From a virus (taxonomy: Duplodnaviria > Heunggongvirae > Uroviricota > Caudoviricetes), in the IMG/VR virus record IMGVR_UViG_2698536372_000020: DNA of 27,678 nt; one strand, given 5' to 3'. Below, piece after piece: positions 9,409-18,396 of this stretch (the stretch's first letter is position 1; each line of letters opens with the position of its first letter). The position numbers and the translations under genes were made by a program. The notes under the pieces are model-generated. The model ran no database searches. It was not told the DNA's origin and worked only from the letters and a program-made list of their open reading frames with translations.

Positions 9409-9724
9409 TGAGTTTTACCGGCACTTCTTCTGCACTGGTTCCGGCATCTGCCCAGACAACCCCGACCAGCGGCTCAGAGCCGCTGTTAGTCAGCTGAACT
9501 TTTCCTGACTTCAGATAAACCTTCTTACCCGTTTTCATGTCATCCGTTTTCAGCTTAGGCAGCATAAACACACCTTCGGTTATGCCGTCGCCTGTTTCTC
9601 CCTGTGGAATATCGGTCAGCGCCACCGCAAAAACATCCCCCACCTGCACCAGATCTCCGCTGCTGATGGCTGCACTGGCAACAATCGCCACCGTTTTTCC
9701 TTCTTCTACAAAATTCTTTGCCAT
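9401..9724 (-). CDS. Small capsid-associated protein (DUF2190-like; possible head decoration or cement protein)
   Basis: Start placed at ATG 9724 (MAKNFVEEGKTVAIVASAAISSGDLVQVGDVFAVALTDIPQGETGDGI...), preceded by GGAG, directly downstream of the capsid gene. Confidence 0.45.
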   Translation of the reverse strand: MAKNFVEEGKTVAIVASAAISSGDLVQVGDVFAVALTDIPQGETGDGITEGVFMLPKLKTDDMKTGKKVYLKSGKVQLTNSGSEPLVGVVWADAGTSAEEVPVKLNV

Positions 9725-9767
9725 AACTGTCTCCGCACAGCCCCGTTCAGGGGCTGATTTCAGGTAC

Positions 9768-9786
9768 AAAAAAAGCCCTTACGGGC
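9768..9786 (-). terminator. Intrinsic terminator/attenuator just downstream of the major capsid gene
   Basis: Minus strand reads GCCC-GTAA-GGGC (GNRA-type tetraloop) followed by seven T, about 25 nt after the capsid stop at 9811. A second hairpin (9738-9756) lies just before the next start. Confidence 0.45.
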
Positions 9787-9810
9787 CATCAGAGTTGTTG
9801 TCTGCGACGT

Positions 9811-11769
9811 TTACGCCGTACATTTCACCAGGCCGCGGTGATCAACTGGCGCAACACCAGCGTCAATACGCACTTTCGTTGTCACGCCATCCACACTGAA
9901 GCCCTCCATCTGATCAATATATGGCGTATCCACACCGTTGAGATAAGCCACTTCAATCGTATCGGAGCCTTTGGACGCAGCCAGGTAGAAGGTGGTCTGG
10001 CTGTTATCATCAAGACGAGGCTCTGCAATAACGGTCGCAAAATCTTTCACCGGGTTAATAATACCGGCGTTAATGTCAGCCCCCTTGACACTTGAGGAGC
10101 GAATGACCTGGTTAGCAACAGACTCCATCGCCGTCGGTACCAGTACGAACGCAGGACGAATATTCAGATGACGCTCACCCTCTTTCTGAACGCGCATCAA
10201 CTGGCGGGCTTTATCCAGCGATGCCACGTCCATTGCCGCGCTCTCCAGTACGTTTGCATGTTTCGCTTTATCGAACAGACTTACATTATCTGTGGAGATT
10301 TTCGGGTTAGACGTCAGAATGGCATAAACCAGATCGGCAATAGTGGATTTCGCCGCACGGCCCAGCTTCATCGGGACATCGGTCAGCATATTCAGATCAT
10401 CATTGATAATGGCCTGACGGGTGATACTGAACAGCTCGCCATAGGTCGCCAGTGCAATAGTGGCCTGTTTATCTCCGGTGGTGACGTATTTATATTCTGC
10501 CCCTTCACGCACCTGACGCAGAGCACTGAAGCCCCCCATACCCACACGATGGGCAATTTTAAAATCAGACAACTGACCTTTCCGCGTCCACTGTTCATAG
10601 GTTTCAGGGGCATCTTCCCAGCCCTGCAGAATGGCTTTGTTCGCAACATCCAGCAGAATATTACCGAAGTCAGACGTACTGTGTGTGAACGCCGCACCGA
10701 CCATCTGCATCGGGTTATAACTGGAAACACCAATACCACGTTCAGTCAGTGACATACGGGCATATTCACGCAGGGTCATCCCGTTGTAGACATTATCACG
10801 TTCAGTTTTTTCAAACCCGGCGCGCGCCATCAGCGCCTGGCGGATCCCGTCCCCCACAAAATTACCGTTACCGGCATAAATATGAGCCGGGGTATTTTTA
10901 TTGGATGGCGTGGACTCGCGCCCCATCTCGTTCAACAGCTTTTCGCGGGCCTGCTCCAGCGAACATTCAGGATCGGCAAGACACTGAGCCTGCAACGACT
11001 GATAACGCCCGCCAAACATGGCAAACAGATCATTAATACCGTTTACACGCGCTTTTTGCTCTGCCAGGACCTGCGCACGGATGCTGTTTTCATCCACCAC
11101 GGGTGCTGCTGCCTGCACTGGCGTCCGGGAGGCTGCAGGTCCATCATCCTGTACGCGTGGAGCACTGTTGCGTGGCGGAGTAATCATATTTCGAATGGAT
11201 TCCGGCATCTTTTTAAATTCCTCTGTACGTTTTGACTGAATACATGCCATTGCCTTAACGGCTGGTGTCACCTGATCAGCAAATCCCTGTGCCAGACATT
11301 CGGCACCGGACATCCAGGTCTCATCCGCCAGCATGGCAGCAATTTCATCGGTGGTTTTCCCGGTTTTCTGTGCATAAGCGGGTAACAGAACCGCCTCAAC
11401 TTTATCGAGCAGGTCGGCATAGGTGCGCATGTCCTCCGCATCACCGCCCGTAAAGCCAAATGGTTTATGAATCATCATGAAGGAGTTTTCCGGCATAATG
11501 ACCGGGTTTCCTACCATCGCAATGACCGACGCCATTGACGCCGCCACACCGTCGACATAAACGGTAATGGACGCACCATGTGTTTTCAGCGCATTAAAAA
11601 TGGCGATGCCTTCAAAGACATCGCCACCCGGTGAATTAATATGGAGATTAATGTGGGTGATATCGCCCAGTGCATTCAGATCACTGATAAACTGCTTCGC
11701 TGTAACACCCCAGAAACCAATCTCGTCATAAATATAAATATCCGCGTCACTCTGGTGACCAGCCTGCAT
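9811..11769 (-). CDS. Prohead protease (ClpP-like) fused to HK97-fold major capsid protein
   Basis: Start placed at ATG 11769 (MQAGHQSDADIYIYDEIGFWGV...). The N-terminal ~200 aa show ClpP/S14-peptidase-like motifs (HINSPGGDVFEGIAIFNAL...MASVIAMVG...MMIHKP); the C-terminal ~350 aa resemble a major capsid protein. The track start 12030 lies deep inside the portal gene. Confidence 0.78.
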   Translation of the reverse strand: MQAGHQSDADIYIYDEIGFWGVTAKQFISDLNALGDITHINLHINSPGGDVFEGIAIFNALKTHGASITVYVDGVAASMASVIAMVGNPVIMPENSFMMIHKPFGFTGGDAEDMRTYADLLDKVEAVLLPAYAQKTGKTTDEIAAMLADETWMSGAECLAQGFADQVTPAVKAMACIQSKRTEEFKKMPESIRNMITPPRNSAPRVQDDGPAASRTPVQAAAPVVDENSIRAQVLAEQKARVNGINDLFAMFGGRYQSLQAQCLADPECSLEQAREKLLNEMGRESTPSNKNTPAHIYAGNGNFVGDGIRQALMARAGFEKTERDNVYNGMTLREYARMSLTERGIGVSSYNPMQMVGAAFTHSTSDFGNILLDVANKAILQGWEDAPETYEQWTRKGQLSDFKIAHRVGMGGFSALRQVREGAEYKYVTTGDKQATIALATYGELFSITRQAIINDDLNMLTDVPMKLGRAAKSTIADLVYAILTSNPKISTDNVSLFDKAKHANVLESAAMDVASLDKARQLMRVQKEGERHLNIRPAFVLVPTAMESVANQVIRSSSVKGADINAGIINPVKDFATVIAEPRLDDNSQTTFYLAASKGSDTIEVAYLNGVDTPYIDQMEGFSVDGVTTKVRIDAGVAPVDHRGLVKCTA

Positions 11770-11782
11770 CCTGAACCAGGAA

Positions 11783-13291
11783 TTATTCTTCGGACTGGTC
11801 GTCGGTGTGCTGCGGCTCCTGTCGTTTCGTTGCGGCACTACTGCCTCCTTTATCACTGGCCGGATCGGTATCAAATACCAGATCCAGCTTGCGGTTTTCA
11901 TCAATTTCGGCCTTGCGCCGACGTTTGACATCATCCGGATTACGACCACCAGCACGTACCCAGTCTGATTCTGTCGCCGCTCCACCACGAATCTGGATTT
12001 TCCAGGCCTCAGCCTCCTTAACAGGGTCAATCCACGGCATCACTGGTCCGGAATACACCGCGGTATACAGTGAAGAACGGTCAAGATCGCGGGGTAGCCT
12101 GATAACACCGGATGCCACAGCCTGTTTCAGCCATGCACGATACATCGGGCGGGTGACGGCACCAATAAACCAGTCCTGCAGGATCAGGTAGCCATCAGTG
12201 GATTCAACCAGCTCCTGACGCTGGGCGCTGTAAGTGCCGTTATAGTTGCGCGCTGTACTGGAAAAACTCAGACGACTGCCCGCCGCCACGGCACGCAACT
12301 GACCATTACGAAAAGTTTCAAGGTTAGGATTGGGGCGATCCGACTTCACCATTCCGATTTCTTCGCCGGGTTTCAGATCGTCGTAAATAATGCCCGGCTG
12401 AATGGTAAGCTCACGTTCATTCTCCTTTCTGCCATTACCATCCGGTTCATAGCTCTGCCCGTCGCCTTTCCGGATGTACATCCCCAGAGCAGCGGCGATC
12501 CTTGCTGCAGTCAGCTCAGAATCTTCATATTCTTTCAGGGCACTGAGGCGGATCAGCACACCGGACAACAAAGACGTCCCGCGCATCTGGTGCAGACGGC
12601 GAACAAATTTAAGATGCAGCATTCGCTCTGCATCCACTTCTTTGGTTTCCATCTGCCGTCCGGATACGGGACGGCTTTTATACACCAGATATTTTTCGGG
12701 ACGCCCCCAGTCATCAACAAACACGCCCTGATTCAGCCTGTTGCTCTCATCACTAGTCATGGGAATAAAGTCCGGCTCGAGCGCCTCCAGCCAGAAATGA
12801 ACACCGGCAGAAGGCGCCAGGCTGTTTATGCGCCCGGAAACCATCTGGGCAAACACCTCACCATCGCGCAGCCAGGTACGAAGCATCAGACGTTCCAGCA
12901 TCGGACGGGTAAACTGCCCGGTGACTTCCGGGCTGACAGACCATTCACTCCATCGGGTGCGAATCTCCGCAGCCAGGTCACGGGCAATGGCCCCATTGCG
13001 TAATACCGGATGTGGCTCGACAATAATCCCGTTTTTCCCCACCACCCGTTCTTCCAGCTTGTCAAATACACCAATAACCAGATCGTGGTTGTTATCAAGG
13101 TAACGGGCCTGCTCACGTAACGACACGGCCCCGTACTGGCTTAACTGGTCGGCAGTTCGGTTCTCCCGTCGGGCTTTGTGTGTCCGCGTCGTTTTTACGG
13201 CCTCATAAGCCTGGATCACCGCACGGGAACGCAGCCTTGCCGCTTTCCATCCTGGTGAAAAAACGCCAATCACATCATCAAGAATTGCCAT
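11783..13291 (-). CDS. Portal protein
   Basis: About 500-aa ORF between the gpW-like gene and the capsid gene. Start placed at ATG 13291 (MAILDDVIGVFSPGWKAARLR...), in TGATG overlap with the upstream stop. Confidence 0.85.
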   Translation of the reverse strand: MAILDDVIGVFSPGWKAARLRSRAVIQAYEAVKTTRTHKARRENRTADQLSQYGAVSLREQARYLDNNHDLVIGVFDKLEERVVGKNGIIVEPHPVLRNGAIARDLAAEIRTRWSEWSVSPEVTGQFTRPMLERLMLRTWLRDGEVFAQMVSGRINSLAPSAGVHFWLEALEPDFIPMTSDESNRLNQGVFVDDWGRPEKYLVYKSRPVSGRQMETKEVDAERMLHLKFVRRLHQMRGTSLLSGVLIRLSALKEYEDSELTAARIAAALGMYIRKGDGQSYEPDGNGRKENERELTIQPGIIYDDLKPGEEIGMVKSDRPNPNLETFRNGQLRAVAAGSRLSFSSTARNYNGTYSAQRQELVESTDGYLILQDWFIGAVTRPMYRAWLKQAVASGVIRLPRDLDRSSLYTAVYSGPVMPWIDPVKEAEAWKIQIRGGAATESDWVRAGGRNPDDVKRRRKAEIDENRKLDLVFDTDPASDKGGSSAATKRQEPQHTDDQSEE

Positions 13292-13503
13292 CAGAACCTC
13301 GCCAGCCGGTACCCGGGATGCCCCCGTCGTCGTGTAATCAGAGCCGCAAGGCGGCGCTCCCACTCCTGCCGTCCCTGCCGGATCTCAGATAAGTTTTCCA
13401 TGGTCATCTGCTGACCATTAAAGGTGACGGATTTTCCGTCCAGCACCGCCATTTCAGCTTCCGTATAACGCTGAATCATGGCTTCGATATCATTCTGGTT
13501 CAT
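13291..13503 (-). CDS. W: gpW-like head-tail joining protein
   Basis: 70 aa from ATG 13503 (MNQNDIEAMIQRYTEAEMAVLDGKSVTFNGQQMTMENLSEIRQGRQEWERRLAALITRRRGHPGY...), preceded by GGAGGA and in ATGA overlap with the terminase stop. Resembles lambda gpW (…QRRRGPAGFYV). Confidence 0.7.
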   Translation of the reverse strand: MNQNDIEAMIQRYTEAEMAVLDGKSVTFNGQQMTMENLSEIRQGRQEWERRLAALITRRRGHPGYRLARF

Positions 13504-15599
13504 AACCATCCTCCGGAAGTCAGCCAGGGGTTAACATCGTCAGTTACTGTTTTCTTCCGTTTTTGTTTTTTAACAGGCGTGGATACCGGTTCCGGTGAGG
13601 ATGACGGTTCGGTACTGTCCTGGACACACTCCAGCCAGGTCTCCCGGCTCGCCCACTCCGGTGCATCCGGCCAGCGGATCTTTTCGTATCCATGCAGAAT
13701 GACCAGAGCCTCGGCATACACCATCAGGTCAAAAGCTTCGTTGGCACCGCGACCCGGCTTACTCCATTTCCCGTCACTGCTCCGCTCTTCATACGTCAGT
13801 TCGTCGTAAAACCAGCTCCCCAGCCAGTCAGGGAAATGCACATAGCCTGGACCTGGCGAGTCACGCCATAACGCGTTATTCACCCGGTCTTTCAGGGCAT
13901 CCGTCTGAAGAAGCCAGAGCGGCACATCACCTGCGGCCTGCGCCCGGCGGCCCGTTCGTCCGGTGTTATCAGGGAATGTACGGCTGATCAGTTTTGCGCG
14001 CCGGATGCTGTCACCCTTAAACAGGTAAATACGTTTACCAAGGCCATCACGACGGCAACGACGCCAGAATTTATAGGCATTATCAGTGACCCCGTCTTCA
14101 CCGCCGGAGTCCACCGCCATTGCCATCAGTCGCATTTGTTGAGAAGGATCGGAGGCCAGCGGCCAGCTTTTATGAAAAACATCCGTCAGCAGGACATCCC
14201 AGTCTTCCGGATAGCTGGCCGGATCAATTCGCTGGCTCTCCCCGTCGCAGTCACTGCGCAATGACTGCGTGATGTTGTAACGATCAATAATCCAGCGTTC
14301 GCCACGACTGCCATAGCCCGTTACCTGAACCACAAAACGGCGATGACGTCCCGCCTGCACATCCACTGTCGCCACAAGGAAATTAACGCCATCCGGCACA
14401 CTGCGGGAAGGAACTGGCTCTGCCCGCTGCTCAAGCAGTTCACTTTTTCGTTGCTCCATGCTGGCACGAGGAAGATAAGGCAATCCCCAGTCGGTGTTGA
14501 TAACCGCCCTGAGTGTTTCTTCGCTTCCTGTCGCTTCATACTCCTGTTCTGCAGTCAGTAATTTGTAAACCAGTTGCGCCCAGGTCTGATACGCAGCAGC
14601 TGGCCCTTCCATCCAGAAACTGGCGATACGGGAGCGGCGCGGTTCACCGGAAACGTTGCCGTTACGATCAATGACCTGACCTTCACGCAACCAGACTCCT
14701 GCACTATTGAGCTCACGCTTTTTCTCCGCAGTGATAATGCCGCTGCAGTGCGGGCAAAGTAGATACGCCGCCTCACTGGCTTTAAAGGGATCCGGTTCAT
14801 TACGGTAGCCGGTCATGGCATCCATGGCTGGCTGAAAATATTCACCGCAGTGCGGACATGACCAGTACCAGCGGCGGCGGTCACCACGATTGTAAAGGGA
14901 AAGAATACCAGTCGTCGGTGGCGCTTCATGAGGCGACTTACGTCGCCATTTGCTGTCGCAGATGTCACGTCCCGGCGAGCTCTCCACCAGAGTCATCCCA
15001 GCGGACATAAATGTGGTGGTACGTTTTGAGGCCAGGGAGAAACCATCACCCTCGCTGTCGATATTCTCCGGAAAACGGTCGTAATCGGTTAAGGCGACAA
15101 ACCGGTAATCCGACGACGACATAATGTTGACCGAGGGCCAACCAATTTTAAGGAACGAGCCATCCCTGAACGTCTTATCATGGACATTATTGTCGTTACG
15201 ACGTGGACTCATTCTTTTCTTTACCGCCGCACTGCTTCTGAACGTTCTGTCGAGGCGCTTTTTAGAATGCTCGCGGGCCTTATCTTCGGTCATCTGCACA
15301 ACGAGCATGTCCGAAGGATCGCAAACGATGGTATAGACAATCCATCCATCGATCAGACCAATGGTCTTCCCTGTTCGCGCAGGACCAACAAAAATCACCG
15401 CATCGTATTCACGCGATGCCAGGCAGTTCATGGGCTCAATGATGTAGGGTGTCAGTTCAGGATCCCATGGCACCGAGTTACCAGCCCCCTTGGGAACACG
15501 CATGAATTTTTTAACAGCCTCCGAAATCGGCATGCGACGTGGTGGGGAAAATCCTGCCGATATGTCCCTTCCCAAATTTCGGGCTGATGAAAAACCCAT
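13500..15599 (-). CDS. Terminase large subunit (lambda gpA family)
   Basis: 699-aa ORF with a P-loop-like VGPARTGKT motif and a CPHC...CPHC zinc-finger-like segment, directly downstream of the Nu1-like gene. Confidence 0.9.
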   Translation of the reverse strand: MGFSSARNLGRDISAGFSPPRRMPISEAVKKFMRVPKGAGNSVPWDPELTPYIIEPMNCLASREYDAVIFVGPARTGKTIGLIDGWIVYTIVCDPSDMLVVQMTEDKAREHSKKRLDRTFRSSAAVKKRMSPRRNDNNVHDKTFRDGSFLKIGWPSVNIMSSSDYRFVALTDYDRFPENIDSEGDGFSLASKRTTTFMSAGMTLVESSPGRDICDSKWRRKSPHEAPPTTGILSLYNRGDRRRWYWSCPHCGEYFQPAMDAMTGYRNEPDPFKASEAAYLLCPHCSGIITAEKKRELNSAGVWLREGQVIDRNGNVSGEPRRSRIASFWMEGPAAAYQTWAQLVYKLLTAEQEYEATGSEETLRAVINTDWGLPYLPRASMEQRKSELLEQRAEPVPSRSVPDGVNFLVATVDVQAGRHRRFVVQVTGYGSRGERWIIDRYNITQSLRSDCDGESQRIDPASYPEDWDVLLTDVFHKSWPLASDPSQQMRLMAMAVDSGGEDGVTDNAYKFWRRCRRDGLGKRIYLFKGDSIRRAKLISRTFPDNTGRTGRRAQAAGDVPLWLLQTDALKDRVNNALWRDSPGPGYVHFPDWLGSWFYDELTYEERSSDGKWSKPGRGANEAFDLMVYAEALVILHGYEKIRWPDAPEWASRETWLECVQDSTEPSSSPEPVSTPVKKQKRKKTVTDDVNPWLTSGGWL

Positions 15600-15607
15600 T
15601 ATTCCTC

Positions 15608-16165
15608 CTAGAGACTCTCTCCTTCCTCATCAGGAATTAATTCAGCAGCACAAGCCTCGTAGGATTTTTCCTGAAGAGTGTATCGCAGGTCATCAATGGC
15701 CTGCTGTACAACGCCGACGGCCTGAGGAGTCAGGGCGCAATCGCGTTCAAGAACATCCGGAATTGTCTCCAGAACCTGGACGACAGCCTTTCTCATGGAC
15801 GAATAGACGATGACTACTTCATCAACGGGGATGAGTTTTCGCTGCTCCTTTTCCAGCTTGATCCTTTCATTTTCAGATTGGTACCAGTCCTTTCTCTCTT
15901 TCGGCTCCATACGGGATGGATCATGAACAGAGTCTGCTGCCTCATGCTTCACACTAAACAGGGCTGGCCCGACATGCTGCAGGGCGTAAACGGGGTTCCC
16001 CCTGACAGTCGCAGCCACAGGAGTGTTAGCCGCGAGGAGCCGTTTTTTTACTGTGTCCCGGTGAAGCCCAAAGGCCTCAGCGATTTTAAAAACACTCCAG
16101 TAATAAGCATCACCGATCCCGCTCACATTTGACATAAGCAACTCCATCTGGCAGGTGAAAATCAT
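15608..16165 (-). CDS. Terminase small subunit (lambda Nu1-like DNA packaging protein, N-terminal HTH)
   Basis: HTH-like segment SVFKIAEAFGLHRDTVKKRL near the N-terminus; C-terminus ...AELIPDEEGESL echoes lambda Nu1 ...DELIPGLL. The true start may be an internal Met (MELLMSNVSG, GGAG upstream). Confidence 0.75.
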   Translation of the reverse strand: MIFTCQMELLMSNVSGIGDAYYWSVFKIAEAFGLHRDTVKKRLLAANTPVAATVRGNPVYALQHVGPALFSVKHEAADSVHDPSRMEPKERKDWYQSENERIKLEKEQRKLIPVDEVVIVYSSMRKAVVQVLETIPDVLERDCALTPQAVGVVQQAIDDLRYTLQEKSYEACAAELIPDEEGESL

Positions 16166-16319
16166 GTTTATTTATATATTTCAATTAATTGCAAACTGGT
16201 CTAATGACAGGGAGAAAGAAATATTGTACAGGTGAAAAGAGAAATAACTTTTAATTATCAATAAATTACCAAACATGCTGCCGCCGCCATGGAAATGCAA
16301 AAACTAGCCTTTTTCCGCG

Positions 16320-16331
16320 ACGCTCCCGCCC
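16320..16331 (-). other. Candidate cosN-like cohesive-end site (minus strand GGGCGGGAGCGT)
   Basis: Matches 8 of 12 positions of the lambda cosN sequence GGGCGGCGACCT as I recall it, about 160-200 bp upstream of the Nu1-like start, where cos is expected. Speculative. Confidence 0.3.
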
Positions 16332-16360
16332 CGTGGCAGGGGCCCCCACCGGGAGGACCC

Positions 16361-16383
16361 GACAGCCTGACAGCCTGACAGCC
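16361..16383. repeat. Short tandem direct repeat, GACAGCCT x2 plus partial third copy
   Basis: Read directly: gacagcctgacagcctgacagcc, next to the cos-like GC-rich segment. Confidence 0.7.
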
Positions 16384-16519
16384 GTGATGAGCATCTGATA
16401 CAGCGCTTTACATAATGGCATAGGAATAATTCAGAAGGACATCACAGCATGCCCACACAAATTAGTGTGAGTGTCCTGTTTCTTCCTACGCACAGGACTG
16501 ACGAGCATGAGGGGAAAAT

Positions 16520-16687
16520 ATGCGAACCATAAATGCCTCATCTTCAGCAATGCAACCGGCATCCGAACAGGACGATATTGTAAATTCACCTAATTACGAG
16601 GACATTGCAGTAGTTGAATTGCAGCTCTGTATTAGCCTGACAGTGACAGAATGCGATATTGACTCTGTCACAGGTGAAATAGTTTGA
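16520..16687 (+). CDS. Candidate small protein, 55 aa (MRTINASSSAMQPASEQDDIVNSPNYEDIAVVELQLCISLTVTECDIDSVTGEIV); not in the ORF track because it is under 60 aa
   Basis: ATG at 16520 preceded by GAGGGG 5-7 nt upstream; open to TGA at 16685-16687; converges on the 68-aa minus-strand gene with a 20-nt gap. Confidence 0.3.
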   Translation: MRTINASSSAMQPASEQDDIVNSPNYEDIAVVELQLCISLTVTECDIDSVTGEIV

Positions 16688-16707
16688 ATGATTAGCAGTT
16701 ATGGTGC

Positions 16708-16914
16708 TCAGTCAACCACCAGGGAATAATCCTTCGAATTCTTATCGTGCTTCACCAACGCTGCCTCAATTGCCCTGAATGCTTCCAGAGACACCTGATG
16801 TTCTATACATGCAATTACAACATCCGGGTAACTCATAGAAATGGTGCTATTAAGCATATTTTTTACACGAATCAGATCCAACGAGACTTCATCAGCAGAT
16901 TGTTCTTTATTCAT
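16708..16914 (-). CDS. Hypothetical 68-aa protein (moron; possibly YnfO-like by position)
   Basis: ORF with ATG at 16914 preceded by GGAG at about 8 nt spacing; acidic, soluble-looking; no recognisable motif. Confidence 0.55.
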   Translation of the reverse strand: MNKEQSADEVSLDLIRVKNMLNSTISMSYPDVVIACIEHQVSLEAFRAIEAALVKHDKNSKDYSLVVD

Positions 16915-17214
16915 TTTGTCGCTCCATGCGTTTGCTCGTCATCTAGCGGTTAAAATATTACTTCAAATCTTACTGCATAAAAGAGGAAAAGTATGAAAGT
17001 TTGAGTACATCGACCTTACATACATCTGTCGGTTGCATATCCCTCCTGGATGCCAGCAAGGCTCAATTTTGTTACGCAATCAACACTATTCATTAAAAAC
17101 AGGCTTAATATTTGACATAAATCATCAACAAAACACAAAGAGGTCAGACCAGATTGAAACAATAAACACGATAATGCTAACTACGCGCCATCGTATCACA
17201 TGGAAGGTTTACCA

Positions 17215-17625
17215 ATGGCTCAGGCTGCCATTTTTAAAGAAATATTCGATCAAGTGCGTAAAGATTTAAACTGTGAATTATTTTATTCTGAGCTAAAACG
17301 TCACAATGTCTCACTTTATATTTACTATTTAGCCACAGATAATATTCACATTGTGTTAGAAAACGACAACATAGTGTTAGTAAAAGGACTCAAAAAGGTT
17401 GTAAATGTTAAATTCTCCAGAAACAAACATCTTATAGAGACCTCCTATAATAAGTTGAAATCAAAAGAAATCACATTTCAACAATACAGGGAAAATCTTG
17501 CTAAAGCAGGAGTTTTCCGATGGGTTACAAATATCCAGGAACACCAAAGATATTACTATGCCTTTGATAACTCATTACTATTTACTGAAAGCATCCAGAA
17601 AACTACACAGATCTTACCACGCTAA
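17215..17625 (+). CDS. ydfO: DUF1398-family protein, YdfO-like
   Basis: Start placed at ATG 17215 ([43 protein letters not shown]...), with GGAAGG 7 nt upstream, giving 136 aa. Assigned by recalled similarity and by position next to the GnsB-like gene. Confidence 0.65.
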   Translation: MAQAAIFKEIFDQVRKDLNCELFYSELKRHNVSLYIYYLATDNIHIVLENDNIVLVKGLKKVVNVKFSRNKHLIETSYNKLKSKEITFQQYRENLAKAGVFRWVTNIQEHQRYYYAFDNSLLFTESIQKTTQILPR

Positions 17626-17633
17626 ACCATAAC

Positions 17634-17662
17634 GTCCGGCTTCTCTCACTCCTGAGCCGGAC
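17634..17662 (+). other. Stem-loop (8-bp stem gtccggct / agccggac, 13-nt loop) between the convergent ydfO-like and gnsB-like genes; possible terminator
   Basis: Inverted repeat read directly; weak T-tract; location between convergent genes. Confidence 0.3.
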
Positions 17663-17776
17663 TGCATTGGTTTAATAAAAACCATCAACAATTGTGATTT
17701 AGATATTCGGAACCATTCAAATATAACAAAACCCCGAAAAAACGAGGTTTATGGATAAATTTTATTATTGAATACA

Positions 17777-17950
17777 TCAGATTAAATTAATCTTGACATC
17801 ATAGCTTTCAAGACCCGTCATTTTTTCCCGTGCGGTAAACTGAATACTGGTAACTTCTTTCCCGGTCTTTTTCTTAAGTTCAATAATTTTTTTTGTTATA
17901 TATTCAGAAATATCTGCTTCTGCTTTTGTTTTTAAGTTTTCAATATTCAT
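17777..17950 (-). CDS. gnsB: GnsA/GnsB-family small protein, 57 aa; not in the ORF track
   Basis: Reverse-complement translation M(M)NIENLKTKAEADISEYITKKIIELKKKTGKEVTSIQFTAREKMTGLESYDVKINLI, stop at 17777-17779, SD AAGAGGAA upstream. Matches the Gns family as recalled. Confidence 0.75.
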   Translation of the reverse strand: MNIENLKTKAEADISEYITKKIIELKKKTGKEVTSIQFTAREKMTGLESYDVKINLI

Positions 17951-18121
17951 CATTTCCTCTTTTAGTCTGTTATGACTTTCCAGTTACACAGTAAGTCGAT
18001 TATATGGTGCAAACGTGTAAAAGATAAGATGAAACATCGCAATAATCAACATACGATAGTCTAAATTTTACACAAACAGACAAAGAGAATTTTCCTGAAT
18101 TATCAATACAATAGCATCAAA

Positions 18122-18352
18122 TCAACTCAAGAGCCTTATTGCTGCTTCCAGAATTTCTTCTGAAGTAACATGTCGATCCGCGGCTACATAAATGACTTTA
18201 TGATCTCCGGTCAGAGATGGAAACCCTGCGGCCATTACAGTAAGGTGTGTTTTTTCGCCATTTGGATATTCACGCATGATGGTGTTAACTCCAGTCATCG
18301 CTGGCACTACCACTGCTGGTTCAGAGTTAAAAAAAACTATGATTTTTTTCAT
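18122..18352 (-). CDS. Hypothetical 76-aa protein between the GnsB-like gene and cspI
   Basis: Start placed at internal ATG 18352 (MKKIIVFFNSEPAVVVPAMTGVNTIMREYPNGEK...). The track TTG start at 18394 lies inside the upstream terminator T-tract. Confidence 0.5.
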   Translation of the reverse strand: MKKIIVFFNSEPAVVVPAMTGVNTIMREYPNGEKTHLTVMAAGFPSLTGDHKVIYVAADRHVTSEEILEAAIRLLS

Positions 18353-18396
18353 GATGTTACCGTAGTATGTGAGTATCCATCGAATAGATACCAAGC

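Noticed and set aside
805-12191. Many plus-strand ORFs of 60-220 aa across the structural region (e.g. 805..1194, 2526..3179, 4223..4708, 10168..10752, 11805..12191)
   Set aside because: They lie antisense to long, well-supported minus-strand structural genes, have low-complexity or proline/arginine-rich translations, and lack ribosome-binding sites; treated as shadow ORFs.
12030-13363. Longer N-terminal extensions of the capsid fusion (start 12030) and portal (start 13363) ORFs as given in the track
   Set aside because: The extensions run deep into the upstream genes and lack SD sequences; internal ATGs at 11769 and 13291 fit the coupled-overlap pattern.
16361-16383. Possible CRISPR or minisatellite array
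   Set aside because: Only 2.5 copies of an 8-bp unit with no spacers; far too short for a CRISPR array.
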